Shown: one piece after another, positions 22,982 to 37,900 of the stretch
Layout: every line of letters begins with the position of its first letter
Position numbering within the stretch: the stretch's first letter is position 1
NCBI GenBank assembly: GCA_002633005.1
Contig: NMRA01000857.1
Location: 57,066-119,171, forward strand
From: Phoronis australis
Taxonomy: Eukaryota; Animalia; Phoronida
Length of the DNA: 62,106 nucleotides
Direction of reading: 5' to 3'
The notes under the pieces: model-generated
What the model was told of the DNA's origin: nothing
The model's input: only the letters and a program-made list of their open reading frames with translations
Databases searched by the model: none
Made by a program: the position numbers and the translations under genes

Positions 22982-25900
22982 ATGGCTGTTTTAAGCAAGG
23001 TCACGTCGCATTTGACAGCCAAAAATTCGGCTATCGCTGCTGCAAGCGTGGTTCTTGTGTGGTGGTTAAAACGAAGAGGTTACAACAAGAATGTTGCCAG
23101 GTAATAGCGAGTCCTTGTTGATGTTTATCTCCGCCGGAGGCTCATAGTTTGCTACTGACTAACTGACTTTAACCTACTACACCACCACCACGGCACCACG
23201 GCATCAATTTGTCCCTGACAGGCCTGACACAGAAGTGACAGACACTGTTGTCAATGACACTCAGTGACAGTGCCACTGAAAGAATTGACTCTTCTGACTT
23301 GACGAACGTAGCGGTCAGTAATTTAGAGAACCCAGTTTCATCCACTGAGTAATGGGCCAGTTATTCAGTGATTGCATGGTTCTCTCGGGCACACATACAT
23401 CTGCCGATCTGGCCACTCAGTGCCCTTTACTACTTTAGGCTAAGTAGTGGCCGGGATAAAGTTGCTTAAAAGCATCCCCCTTGAAAATGGTCACCGGGAA
23501 CTGGTTTCACAACGTCGTTATTCACAGCCAGCCAGCTAGCTGTATGAAGACTGTCGTCAAAATACAGCTAGGTACCACTGTGTGTATTTCTTCCATAGAC
23601 CCCGAAATTGCACCGTCACCACACCATGAAAGTTGTATCAAAATGTAAAGCTAAAGACCGGATGGGGTACATGTAAAATCTGGGAATCAACCGATACCTT
23701 GCCCATTACAGCCGTTTAAGTGAAAAACAATGCAATAAACGTCATTTTCTTGCGTAACTCTCTGCCTTTTCTAACAATGAAAAGTATGTCATCGTTTTGA
23801 AAACAATACGCTCATATCACGCGCACGCGCCATTTCCTAAATTTTCGTGACAACTTCGTAGAAGCAAAATTTATTCTGAAAATCGGTTTTTCGGTATAGA
23901 AATTCTAAAAACTTGTAATGAAGTGAAACCAGTTCCAATAATTTGTGACGTGTACACAAGCTCGTGAAAGAACAGCAGTTGATTGAAAAATCAGCGAAAA
24001 AAGAAATTGGGCAATAGGTGATGCAATATCTCATGGCGCCGAAAGCCGTCGCTAAAGATCGCTCCACAACTTTAGCAGCAGAATAACGGTAGAACGCCAT
24101 TTTTTCCACCACTGTTAAATAATTTTGTTTAATTATTGTCAAGGAAGGCTAGTTTTTAACGACACTAATTTTGTGTCAGATTTTATCTTACCACTTTTTT
24201 ACCCACATCGGTGCAAAGCTGTATATTTACAGCTTTGCACCAAGGCTACGTTATTCAATGAAAACTGGTTCTCGTCAGCCATTTTGAAGACGTGTTCAAG
24301 CCACTTTTACTGGGACAATTTTTCAGAGCACAATCAAAATTCAATGATAACTGTGGATTGAAATCAACGCCATGCATAATAGCTGTGAAAATTGTCTGCA
24401 TCGCCAAATCACAAATGTGTGTCATGCCAGCCCTTTACAACTAACTCCCATTTAGTCCGTATTCCAGACCATACTGGTTTTCAGAGGTCTGAAATCAATC
24501 TTTTGTCTGATGTCCCAACGCAAACGCCAATTATTTTCCATGCTGAATGATTACATTAATGTGGACACGCATCAGTTGAAAATTTTTGTCAAGAGATAAA
24601 AACCTATCACAGCGTTTTTGCCAATTTTTATTGTACAGTACTTCTTCCACTAACTTTTCACATTAGTTTCTGTCCTTTTTCAATTTATTTTACCCAGCAT
24701 TTTATTGTCGTGAAGACTTCATTAATGGAATGGTTGTCGTGGACAGTTGACCCATTTTCTGGGACTTTTTGTCTCTCGGGGCCAGACCTTTTTGCCCACT
24801 TTGCCAATTGGGTGCGCGCATGTACAACACAATATCAGCTTAGATCAATTTTCGGAATATCAAGGACGTACAGTTTCCTCAGTTGATTTAGAGGAGCATT
24901 GTCCAACTACAAGATACCGCTGAATGGCCCGATTTCCTTATGCTCTTTTGAGGTTTTGAAGATGATCGGAAATGCGCTCAATAGATGCCACTGATTTGTG
25001 GCACACATAATACATTCCACCATTGAAAGCAAAACTTTGCAGAACTGCATGTTTTGTGAGAAAAACAATGGAAATAACTACTTTACATATGCATACCTTA
25101 CTGAAATTATAAACAAAGTAACCTCTGATACATTAAAAACAGATTGGAAACAGTGACCAAGATTTTTTCTGAAATAATCTTATTTTAGTAGTGTTAATTT
25201 ACTTGATGATTACTACTTCACACAATTTGTTATGAACATCTAATTGGTTGGACTTCCAGCATCTGAGCGGACTTTCAGTGACTAGTCGATAATGGACGAC
25301 ATCATTGTCGACTGATCACGTTTAAACTCTTCAATCAAGCACTTGTCAGAAATAAAGTGTTCCGTATCTCTGTGTATTAAAGACCAAGAGTTCCTAGATA
25401 ACACATCAGTAACAAAGCTACAAACTATAATCTAAGTGACATTACAAGTCGGTGGATGAAGACTGGAGTAAGCCCAGAGTCCTGCGTCCAAACCACCTCC
25501 TCTTATTGCTGCGAGTATAACTTTTTTCCTTCCAGTTCCAGCAGTAAACGACAGTCTTAGCACTTCAGTTCCTCTACAAGCAGTTGCCCAATCTTGTGCT
25601 GATACTGGGGAACACTGGCTTTTGGAGATACTGAGTTTTTCCATGTGCAGTTCTAAGGCAACCTTTTGTTTCCTTACTAACTCCCAGTTCACTTGAAACC
25701 ACCTGAACCTTGTCCTCTGGCTATTGTCTCCAACATATCCAACTTCCAGCTCCACCTATTGAGCAGTCGTGAAACTAAAGAGTACATGACATAAAGTGAC
25801 TAGTTTAAATAAAAAACAATCTTGCGTTGCATCCACAGTTGGTACACAGCCTTTGTCGTGAATGGGTGAAGGCAAGTATGTTTAAGAAAATTCATTAGGC

Positions 25901-28900
25901 TGCAGCACTATCGTCATCAAAAGTTGACCTCATTTCTCAATTCGTTTAATAAACTGGTCATAGAGGATTTCGAGGTTTTGTCAACAAAGTGCTTATCTGG
26001 AGAACTGACACACTGACAGTAATCATTTAATCCAAACTATTTAAAGAATTATTACACCAAACTTTGATGAACTGGTCTTCTGACTATAGACTGGTCCTCC
26101 GTCCCTTTCTGTGTGGCTGACAGACTGGTGATCTCCCCGTAACCCTCTACGTCTTTCCATTTGGCCTCGAGTGCATTGACTGCAATGGACTTCAGTCTTC
26201 AATTTCGTTAACAATTAATGAAGTGAGGTATTGGAAAAAACCTTCATTCCTGACATATGTGTTCCAATTGGACACGTTTAAATACATCTACGATTCTGTC
26301 GCCTCCAAAAATGTCCCTTTACACTCCACAGGTTCTTAGCGATGTGACTTTGGTGATTCAACCAGGGCAATGCATCATTGGCAGAAATTATTCTGGCATA
26401 CATGTGCTGCGACCTGAGCCATATCCTGAGTTAGCCAGCCAGCTAGCTGTGCAGGAATCAGTGTGTGTAAAAAGTTCATCGACGATCCAATTGAAGTCCT
26501 CATTTTCAATCTCAGACAATTAAACTCGATTCCTCTCTTAATGAAACTTGCATTAAAATTTACTAGCATGACCAATTGTGCATAATTTTTGCAACTCCGA
26601 TGTTCAAATGACACCTACCTTGTCAGTTTTTATTTTTATGATAAATATGGTAAAATCTCGCCAATTTCAGGCAATAATAATTGCCAAATTTGCTCTTTTG
26701 TCATTTTTCCATGTCTTCTAACATTGGGAATAGCCACAGTTTTACTGAAAAACATTGTCAGTTGGTGGCTATGGTGCAGAACCGTAACATGCCAGAGCAC
26801 AAGTTTGATACAAGGTATTTTTATTAAACAATAGAAAGTAAAATGTCACTTGTAGATTATCTTGTGTCCTAATTTTCTTCCTATTTGCATATGATGTAGC
26901 CTGGTCACCTGAAAGATTTAGATGGGCATTCTGGGTATGATGAGCTAGTAGTCACTGTCTGCAGTGCACGTAGCCAAAATTTGACGTTTTCACACTTTTT
27001 TGTTTTATAATTATGATTAAGTAAGAATTCACGTTTATGTTTTACTATATTTTATGCATAACGACAAGTCAATACAGTTGGCAGAGCTGCTTGTACTTTT
27101 GATAGAAATTTCCACGTTTGTTGGACCTACCTAATGATTTCTCAAATCCATAAGACAGACTGGATAGTGCACTGTTTTGTTAACATTCATAGGTCCTGTG
27201 TATAGGCAGACGTATTTGAATTGTTAGTTGTGTCCAAACTGAACTTTACGTGTGTTGCAGAGATGAGGTTGACATTGTTATGGAGTTGAAAGAGCAGAAG
27301 GAATCAAAGAAGAGTAAAGCAGCTGTTGATGGTTTATTTCTGAAACGACTTATGAAAATACTACGCATACTGGTACCCAAACTGTTTTGTAAGGAGGTAT
27401 GTACATGTTTTTGTTGATTTTCTCTATTCTAATAGCCACAAATTCATGGGTTTTTATCTGTGACGTTTTTCGTTACAAAGCCATATTGATTTGACGTAAT
27501 GGAGGTTTTGAATTATAATTCTTCAGTTATTGTGCACAAAAATAATTGTCAGGTTTGTCAAATTTCCATTTTTAAAAGTCTGATTCTGTGGCACAAATAG
27601 TTGAAATTTTTAAGTACAAACTATAGTAGTAAGAATAGAAATTTCTTAATCTTTATTTTTCTAAAGACTTTTGACGAAATAGAATTTCACTTGTCGACCA
27701 TATTGTGAGCTAACTTACTCGGTACCTACAATGCAAATTTTGAACAAGTTTACTGAGCAACACCAGTGCTCTCAATCCCTCGATTTTGGGGCCGAATATG
27801 GGCCCCATTCCCCTCTGAAAAATATTGAAAAATCTCATGAAATTCCCCTCGTGAGGTCCAAAAAGTCCCCTCAAGGTTCGAATCACTTGTAACTCACACA
27901 GGTTGCAATTTGAAAGAGTGCAAAATGACAGTTATTGCTACTTGAAGCAGAGGGCCCTGAGGGCTTGCAACAGGGTGGGGGATGCTATTGTTGATGACCG
28001 AAGCTAGAATTATCTCCTGCTCCCCTTTCAGAAGGCACAGGCACCTTTCCCCTCGGATGTGGGAGGGCTCTGAACACAGCTACTGTCTGATAACTGGTTG
28101 TTAATTACATTGAAATGCAATTTACAAGTTTGTAAAGTTTAAGAAACTCTCAACTCTGGTTGACTTTCTTGACAAAGTGTGATTAATTGTATAGCCTACA
28201 TTTATTTTATAGGTGGCTGCATTTAAGAGTCTAGTTGTATTGTGAGCCTTTATCACGTTTTGACAGCTGTTCTTTTTCATAACCCATTAATAAAAAGTGC
28301 TTTGGGACATGCATTTTAGATTAAACTAAATTTGCCTACTTTGATAGGTTTTGAATTGTTAATGTTATAAATTTGCTGAACATAAATTTGTAATCGTGTG
28401 CTTTCATGTTATGTATTGCAGACTGGATTCATGTTAATAGTCGCATTTGCATTAGTCTGCAGAACATACTGTGATGTCTGGATGATTCAGAACGGTACTC
28501 TTATTGAAAGGTAAATTCTTGTTGATTATTAGAATTTTAAAAAACTCTATTCAATTGCTTACTGACTAGATGCAAGGTTTTCATCATTATTTTGTTTTAT
28601 GTCAGAATAAAACAATTGCAATCTTCTTAATTAGAGAAGGTGGACAATTTTTAGAATGCTAGCTTGTGTGATCTTGCACGAAAATGAGGCATACCTGAGT
28701 TCAAAATGCAACCATTTTTAAATTATTGTTTAGAAAAAAGAAAAGATAAATTTATCCAAATCCAGCCACTAGGGATAAAGCCTTGTTTTTTTTTGTTTTT
28801 CTAGTTAATTATGGTGAGTGTCTGAAAGAGCTTGTGTGAGAAACAATTTTTTGTGCCTAAGGTTGGCGCCAGTGTGTGTATTCAGAGCTTGGCACCGATG

Positions 28901-31900
28901 AATATTGATTTGCATCATTGTCACAAAAACTCTCACAAACACTGTCAGTGTTGCATATTCCTGTTTGCTTAACGCATACCTGGAGCTTAATTACTCTTCG
29001 TGTTCCTCAACATTGCAACTCTCATCAGGGGACAAGGATCTTCTAAATGTATTTTTAGTTTTTCATTCTTTGCTATATTGAAACCCTCTTCATTTCTTTG
29101 CAGTGCCATTATTGGCAGAAGTATGGAGTTGTTTAAGAAATATCTGCTCAAGTTTGTTTATGCCATGCCATTGGTAAGCAATTACATGACATTATTGTAT
29201 TTTGTCTCAGGGCTGTTCCAGTAAAATCTGTGTGGGAGGGGGGGAAGGCAGTTGTAATAAAAATTTATGGGTGGTTGTGTTTGATTTAAATTTAAAATGG
29301 CTGGTGGTCGTACTTCAAAAAAATAAAAATTTACAGGTCGTTGTTGTTTCATTGTGCCATAAATGTTTGATGGTGGGTAATTTCAGTAACTTTTATTAAC
29401 AATCCGCTCAGAATCAACAACTAAAACAAAAACAGAACTTGCAAAAAGCTCCGTCTTTCACTCCCTCCGATCTCCCCATTGGCATGCCCATAACACCAGT
29501 CAACCACAGGCACTCGAATTTCTCAATGGCTAATAACCATATGTAAGAAACATTATGTTTTCTTAGTAATGAATAACGTCAGTGGTTATCGAGGAACAGA
29601 TAAACTCAAATGCCTGTGCAGTCAACCATAAGAACAACAAAAAAAATTACGGGTGATTGCATTTCAAACTTATAAAAAATTACAGGTGGTGGGCTGAAGA
29701 AATAAATGAAAAATATGGTGGTGGGTGCGAAAGAAAGTGCCTTCCCTTTACTGGAACAGCCCTCAAGACTTTCAGTGCTGCAGAAAACACATGGAAAATA
29801 ACAATTAGCCTCAAATCCAAATAACAACTAGCCTTGTAGCCAAATAACAACTAGCCTTGTACCCAAAGAAAATGTATCTATGGCCAAGTATAAAACCATA
29901 GCCTCATATTTGAAATGGTGGCACTTTTAGATGTTGTCTGAAAATGCATTATTTCGGCTGTAAGGCCATCACCTTCCAGATGGAATTCTAGTTTATTCCT
30001 GTGTCCTGTTACACTGATGTTTTTTCATACTCAGCTAGAAGTAGTTTATGTGATGAGCTTCGAAAAGTCTGTATGTGTTCACAAGTGCTGATTGATATGG
30101 ATGCCTTATATTAGGGAAATGTGTTGAGGACTTGTACTGTAGCCACTTTCATTCTTTATTTTCAGATTTCTCTCATCAACAACTTGTTAAAGGTACGTAC
30201 TATGTTTAAAGTGACATTGTGTATGCACATTGCGGGCTCAACCCAAGTGTAATTGGTATACAGTACTGTCTTGTATATCAATGGCCTGTACTCTTGTTTT
30301 CTGTGCTTCAATACGTCACGCTGAGTTGCTATACTCGTGCTTGGAGTTATTTTGGGGGGGTTTGAAGGAGTTTTGGCAGTCACCAGAATAAAGAATTAGG
30401 CTGTGTTTCACAATGCATGACGCTTGCTAGACACTTGAGGTTGGAAATCTTTGCTTGTCTGGTGAATTTTCCCCTTCAGCTCGCTTTTGTGCGAGGAAAA
30501 TGCTCAATATGTTAAAAAGCTGATGTTAATACATTGAGGTAATTAAAATCCCTGTTTCATTTGCCACCTGTTGGCAAAACATGTGATTTCAGTTAAACAT
30601 GCACTTTTCACATTTGGTGCTTTTAATCAAACTTGCATCAGCTTTATGCATTATTGTTTTTATCCCCAGTATGTTGACTTGACCTGGTCATTCATTTTGT
30701 GCACTAAACCTGATCTAGAGAAATATAAGCCCAGAAATGACATCTAATTCAAATAAGGAACGGGTCGAGACCAGTTTTTCAAAGGTATTGATCATGAGTT
30801 ATTTAATTCAAAGGTATTTTGTTGTAAGTTTTTGCGTCTTTAATCAAGAAATATTGACTTTTTACATTTTGCAGTATGGATTGAACGAGCTCAAACTGTG
30901 TTGGCGTGAAAAGCTGACTCTCCATCTGTATGAGAAGTATCTCGATGGCTTCACTTACTATAGAATGAGCAATTTGGATAACAGAATAGCAAACGCTGAT
31001 CAGCTGTTAACGCAGGATGTTGACAAGTTCTGTGAAAGTGTCGGGGAGCTGTACTCCAATTTGAGCAAGGTGTGTACCGTGCGAGTATTTCTTTGTGTGG
31101 TTTGTTGAGACAGATGGTTCCTGTCATTGGTTCTAGGGGAGTGTCGGTCATCGGAAGCTTTTCTCTAAACTGGACGGACTTGTGACATGTGCTTTGCTCG
31201 TGTCATGTTGATGCTCAGATACCTCAGCTCAGATACTGTAGACAACCATTCTGTGGACTGGTCCATTCGAATTTCTTCTGGTGACAAATTGTGGAAGTGA
31301 ATTAATAGAGGGCAGATAACATAAAAGGAATTACCTAACTATGGAAGTGCTTGTGAACACAATATTACATTCTTTGCTAAGGCACTGGTCTACTCCTAGT
31401 GGGGCATGCACAAGAGCAATGTGCCTGTTTTTTCTTGTTAACAGTCCACTTCAAAGCCACTTTTTGATGCTAATGCGTGGTCACTATATGACATCATGTC
31501 CATCTTAACCTGCACCTTTACGCGTCACACAACGCAATGTCATTATTCAGATGTTTCCATTGAAAGGTGAATTTGACCCTATTCATCTGGCTAAAAGGAA
31601 AAAATTGAATGCGTCTTTTTACTCTCAAAAAATCGGTATCGTAACATTCCATTTCTGTTTCAACTCAAATCGCAGGTAAGGAACATTATGGGACCGATCT
31701 GATGACAGTATAAGGCCTCATTCAACTTTTTTTTTTTAGTCTCCAGCTAAACAGAGAAAAATGCAGCCTCAACTGTATGTTTTTCTTTTGACGTCAGTTT
31801 CAATCTTTCAAATATCTTCAGATACCATGTTGTTTGTAATGTCCGACATGTTCAAAGTCATGATGAGTACCGTATTCACCCTAATAACTGCCCATCCCTC

Positions 31901-34900
31901 TACTTTAAATGTTCATGTGTTCTAAAGCAGCTTTATATTTTAGTTCTGAGTATCTTTCTTTCAGCCCATCTTAGATATTATAATCTATACAGTGAAATTA
32001 GCCGGAGCTATAGGTGTGCAGGGCCCAGCTAAAATGTTGGGATACCTGTTTGTGTCGGGGCTTATTCTAACAAGGTATGTCGTTCACCCTAACTGTTACT
32101 AATGTTTTGCATTTATCTTGCACTTGTTACAAAATGGTGTTGTGTGTAGTGGGAATGCTGCTTAAGTGCGCAACATCGTTTTTACAATGTAAGTCATTCA
32201 GCACTTATTAAAGATCCGTTTGAGCATATCGTGGTTTTTTAAATGCTTTAATGACGTTTTTCTTCAAATATCAGCTCGGGAATTTCAGACATTTTTGGTA
32301 ACTTTTTAGGCCACTTATAGCTATTAAGTCATAATGTTTGACAATACTGGATTTCAAATTATTTGTACAATACAAGCCAAACAAGAAAGTCAGTCATGTG
32401 GCTATAAGCAATTGTATCAAGAAACAGGCAATCGCCACAAAAATGAATAAGTTCACATAGATTCGATGTTTTGTCTATTCATTAAACATCATCAGGCTGT
32501 AAGCAATAAGACATCAAGTGTCGATATACCAGTCAGGTTACATCCATGAGGTGAAATGAGTGAGGCAACAAGACTGGAAATAGTAAATAGGTCAAATTAG
32601 TAAATAGGTCATCACCATAGCAGTAGTGTCACTGAGTTCTGCATATTATTCAGAGAACTAGCACCATGTTGGTCCGGAATGGCCAATGACTCTTTAATGT
32701 AAAGTAATTCCTTTATACTGGGTCTTTACAGATTGTTCAGATTGTCTTTTTTGTTTTTTTTTTTATCCTTTTATAGCCAAAAACTGACATAACTAAGCAA
32801 TTGTGCAATTAGAATTAAGCTTCCAAATTACTTATTACTTTTGCTGCTAACGGAATTAGTCGTAATAATGAGGAAACGTTATTTTGTTGGATTACTTTAA
32901 TTTGTCTCGTACTGTATTTTCTGAAGGCTTGCCAGTGGGTGGTGAGATTTGCGGAAAGTTCTCATGAAAATTAGATTATATGAGGAGTATCATTTTGTAA
33001 TTTTGCACAAGATCAGTTAAGTTGTCATTGTGGTTACATAATGGAAGAGTCAGTTCAATGTTGTTACACCCAAGTTTGGTGAATAAGCTGTCTTAAATTC
33101 AAATGAAAATAAATTTTTCAAAATTTTGTATTGTACATCGAATCCTGGTCTTTGATCCGGGTACAAAAAAATTCCCAAAGTTGCATGTACTTGTATTCTC
33201 AGACAACAATCGCATCTATTTTTTCTGGGGTCACCTATTAAATGCAAGCACAAAAAGTCATGGGAATCATGATTCATTTCGATGTATAAAATACAAAAAA
33301 TTAGGTTTAATTTGAATTTTAGTCATCTTGTTTGCCAAACATCAACTTAAAAGGGTCTTTGCTTAACCAAAATGTGATAACGTCCATGAAATATTTCAAA
33401 ATATCGAAAAGATGTGAAGTACAGTTGTTAGACTGTAAATGGTCAGAATGTGATAAACTACCAGAATAGATTCCGACTCCTCCAGTACATGTACTCTAGT
33501 CATTGATTGACTAATTTATTTTTTGAACATTTAGGTTAAGGAGGCCAGTCGGTAAGCTAACTATGATAGAGCAAAGGAATGAAGGAGAGTTTCGCTACGT
33601 CAACTCCAGATTAATTACTAATAGGTGAGTTGTTTGAAAAGTGTTTGAGTGCTGCCCTCTTTGGGTGTACTGTCGTAGTAAAGCTTCTACCATTTTGGAC
33701 ATGCAGTATTTTCAATTTAGTACATGCAATCACGCCCGAAGATCATAGATTTTTTCTATTAGATAAAAAGATAAAAACAGACATTTCAAGTATAGATGCT
33801 GCAAAGTTTGATTAAAAGAGAACTTTGAAGAGTTGTGCTCTTTGTCGATGGTAATGGATAAAATGCAAACTAGGACTAGGATTTAAACTTTGTATCTTTT
33901 GTACTTGCTTGTTTTATCTTATTCATCTTATATTTCTTAAGCTTTACACCTTCACCATGTAAAGCTTTTTAACTTTTGAAAGATGATGATTGTTTTCCTT
34001 TGACCGCCATGACTGTCATCCCTGGCAGGGTATTAAATGGGCCACACATTGTATTGAACATTGCGTGTGCAAATGCCCAATTCTGTTACTATATTTACTA
34101 ACTGTTACTTAATAATCGTATTAGTGATTTGTGCCAAAGACTGTCACTTGAGTAATAATACCACTATCATGATCGTGATTGTTTTTTCCATATCTGTCAT
34201 GAAGTTTAATTGTAGTTGTCTTGAAGATGAATTTCAGTAATGAATTTTTGTGCTGTATCCCTCATCATTATGATTTTGATGTGCGTGTTTTTTTTTTCAG
34301 TGAAGAAATAGCATTTTATAAAGGAAACGAAAGGGAATTCCGTACAATCCTGTCCGTTTTCAACAAACTGGTACGTTTTTTATGTGACGGAACTTTCTAG
34401 ATTCCCTGCCTCAATAGTTAGGTCCTTGAGTTTTTCTAGATTGAAATAAAGATTAAGAAATTTTAGTTTAGTACTGGCGTGGTTTGTACATTGTAGATGT
34501 TTTGAACATCTTTTGTTAATTTTCTATTGTTCGCAGTTATGTAATTAGCCTTTGAAAAATGGATGTAGTGACAATTTCGGCGAATTATCATAATGTCTCT
34601 CTGCAGTCGTGCTAATTTGATCGTGGTCTGCAGCTTTAACTCGTCTTTTATTAACAGGTCCAACACCTCAGGAATTTCATATTTTTCCGTTTTTCCATGG
34701 GGTTCGTTGACAACATAATAGCAAAGTGTAAGTACATAAAATATCTTTAGCTCTTGAACATTAATTTAACTTTTGTATTTAATGGAATCCTCACAATCCT
34801 TGATAATAGTGGAGTAAATCTAAAAAATCTGACTGTGTGCAAAATCTGCAGTACGTTTTCCTTGGCCGTCGACCTTAAAATAAGTGACTGTCGAAATTTT

Positions 34901-37900
34901 TGTATCAATCTACTCATGCTGAAGGAAAGTAGTGTTAACGTTGCAAAGAGGGCAACAATTTGGAAAATCTGGGAATAAATAAGGAAAGTTTTAAATTACT
35001 ACTTACTTGAATTTGGTTGAAGCCATCACAAACAGTTGTGCTTTCTGACATTTATTATACGTTTAAAGAATTGTGACTCTACAAAGAGATTCCAGCATTC
35101 CCCTCGAGTCTTGAACCATTTTGGGGGTTGCAGAATACAGTACAGTAAATTGTAACTAATGAATAAAATTGCGTTCGTCGTGTTCAAAGTCCGCTGTTAT
35201 TCCTCACAAAGTCCATTGTATTTCAGATGTGGCAACTGTTGTTGGTTATTTTGTTGTAAGTCGGCCATTCTTGGACTTGGCTCATCCCAGACATCTTCAT
35301 TCAACGTCTAGTGAAAGACTGGAGGTGAGGGATGGGTATTGCTATTGAAAGGTGGATGTGATGTTGATATGACTAATTTGATATGGATACACCTTGAAAA
35401 TCGATATCAATATCAAGAATAGATTTTATTGAGAAAAAATTAGTATTGGCTATATGATATCTGTTGTAAGTTGTTGTTGTTGGCTGTATATTGTTACGAG
35501 ACGCAAAGATTTCTGAAGTTTAATTTTCATCGTATTTTGTTTACTGCAGTCACACTTTCTGTTTCCAAGGTGTCAGTTGAGTCACAGAGTAATTTTCATT
35601 TCAACATTTTACTTCAGTTGGTACTTTGATTTGTTTCATTCAGTATTGTATGGAAATTGGATATTAGTGAGCAGCTCTAGTTTTGTTTGCTCATGAATAG
35701 CATTTGCCATGATTTTGCTATGACTGAAATGATTAACCATGACAACAAATCGCTATACAAAGCCACTGCAATTTGATTTTTGAATATGTTTGCTAGCTTG
35801 AGGCACGCCTCACAATTACTGTACGAAACGGTGTCATGGTGCAAACAAAATTTACACAAATGTCAGTAATTTTTTGTTTTATTAGGAAACGGTAATTGTC
35901 ATCAAGCTAATGGCTTTTGGCATGAGCTGAGCTGACCAAAGCATGGATTCTTACTTGCAGAATGTACAAACATGTTGCTGACTAGTTTGTTTTTTAGTAA
36001 TCAAATTAAAGTATCAAATCAAAAGGTTAGAATCGAAAATCAAATCAATATAGGAGCTAAGTGTACTGTTATGGCCTTAACAAGTCCCAAACCACCATTC
36101 TAAAACCTTAATGTTTACAAGTCCCCATGCCACCATTCTAAAACCTTACTTGATAGCACTGCAAATCACAGTTGTGAAATTCAATGTAAATTCTCAAAAA
36201 CACATTATAGAAGATTTTCTTTTAGCTTATTCGTGTCACAAACACTAGTATGGCACAAATTGTTGCATTGTCAGAGGAGACTCTCTTAGAATTCAATATC
36301 ATATTTATAGTCAGCGATTTTGGTTGTTGTTCATGGGCTCAGAATTTTATTGCTTAATTGATCAACAGCATTTCCTTACTTGCACAAAAAGGTAACTCTT
36401 TGTTTGTCCAATTAGTAAAGTCTCATTCTTTTGTCTGATTGTTCTTCTAGGATTACTACAAGAGTGGAAGGATGTTGGTGCGAATGGCTGAAGCAATCGG
36501 TCGCGTCGTTTTAGCTGGAAGAGAAATGACCAGACTAGCGGGGTAATTACTGCACTGTTTTCTGTGTCCTAAGTGTTGTCGTTGCATTAACTCAACAGCA
36601 GATACTTGGTTTGGAAGCACAAACGTTAGATTTTTCAGCATTTTACTTTGAATTAGTTTAAATGATTTTATTTGTAAGTACTTACAGGCAGCAGAAACAG
36701 TTGTGTGGCCCACAGTCAACTTCTGACTCCGGACCTCCAAATTTCAGTACCTTACAAAGTCTTCAACTCCAGATAAAATCCTATGGCTGTACCCAAAAAC
36801 TTATATGGCCTGAATTACTAAATCCAGTGGCTTGCTATTGTAAGCATTGTAATGTGGGATAAAATGCTGTGACTCTGGTAGCCAAATTATCACTGAATCA
36901 GGCTTTCAGATTTTTCTCCTTTCTGGTACGGGAAAAATTATTTAGTTCAGGAAAAGCCAACTTCACAGTTAAGCTACTAATTGATTCTAAAACCTTTCCT
37001 ACATCATCCGTCAGTTATTGATTTGTTTAAAAGCAACAAATGGTGTACAATAAATATGAAGTTTGGCCACAAATTTCAAACATTATACGTAGTACTTGAG
37101 GATTTATTCAGTTTCTGAATAACCAACCTTTCTGTGTTAACTTAAATCACCAAGGCCTCTTGTATCAAAAAAATTGATGTCAGATGTTGAAAATCCTCTC
37201 TTTTAAATTAGCATTCTAAATGGTTGAAAGTTGATAGACTTGCTGCCGTAAACAATTACGGCTGATAATCACCACGTGAGTAAGGTTGTGTCTATTACAA
37301 AAAATAGACGAAAACTTGTAATATTATTGTTTAGCATTTCAACTCAAAAGAATCACTTGGTACACTGTTCTTGGCAACATGAGGCATTTAGTGGTTCAAT
37401 TTTTTTTTCAGCTTCACTGCCCGTGTTACTGACTTGATAAAGGTTCTGGATGATCTTTCCAAAGGACGATATGAACGAACTATGGTTTTAAGTCAAGGTA
37501 GTAAAGGTCAGTATTGACTTTTTGTCATGCCTGCCTACCTGATTGGTCGAGGTCATAGCGGTCTAAACTGAGCATAAATTTGAACACCTGCAAACTTTGA
37601 TTGGGTATTAAAACACAGACAATCACCGAACAAATAATAAAGAACCAATGAATTACTTTACATTAACCCTTATCCTGCTAAGCCTCTATTCAGACTACTT
37701 TCCCTGTGTGCTGAGCTAAGTAGGTCACCACTACTGCTGTACACTAAGCTGTTGTGGAGGTCACCCAGACTAATGACCTAACAATTTTAAATTGGAAATT
37801 TGTAGGGGAAATATTAAATTAACAGAAAAGAAGTCAATATAAAACTTGTGCAGAATTTAATGGAGAGTTTCGCCATGTGTAAGTCTTTATCACAGCCTTG

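Noticed and set aside
25380-26600. Possible nested gene or LINE remnant in ABCD3 intron 1 (107-aa and 79-aa minus-strand ORFs)
   Set aside because: No convincing domain motif or splice structure could be recognised by eye.
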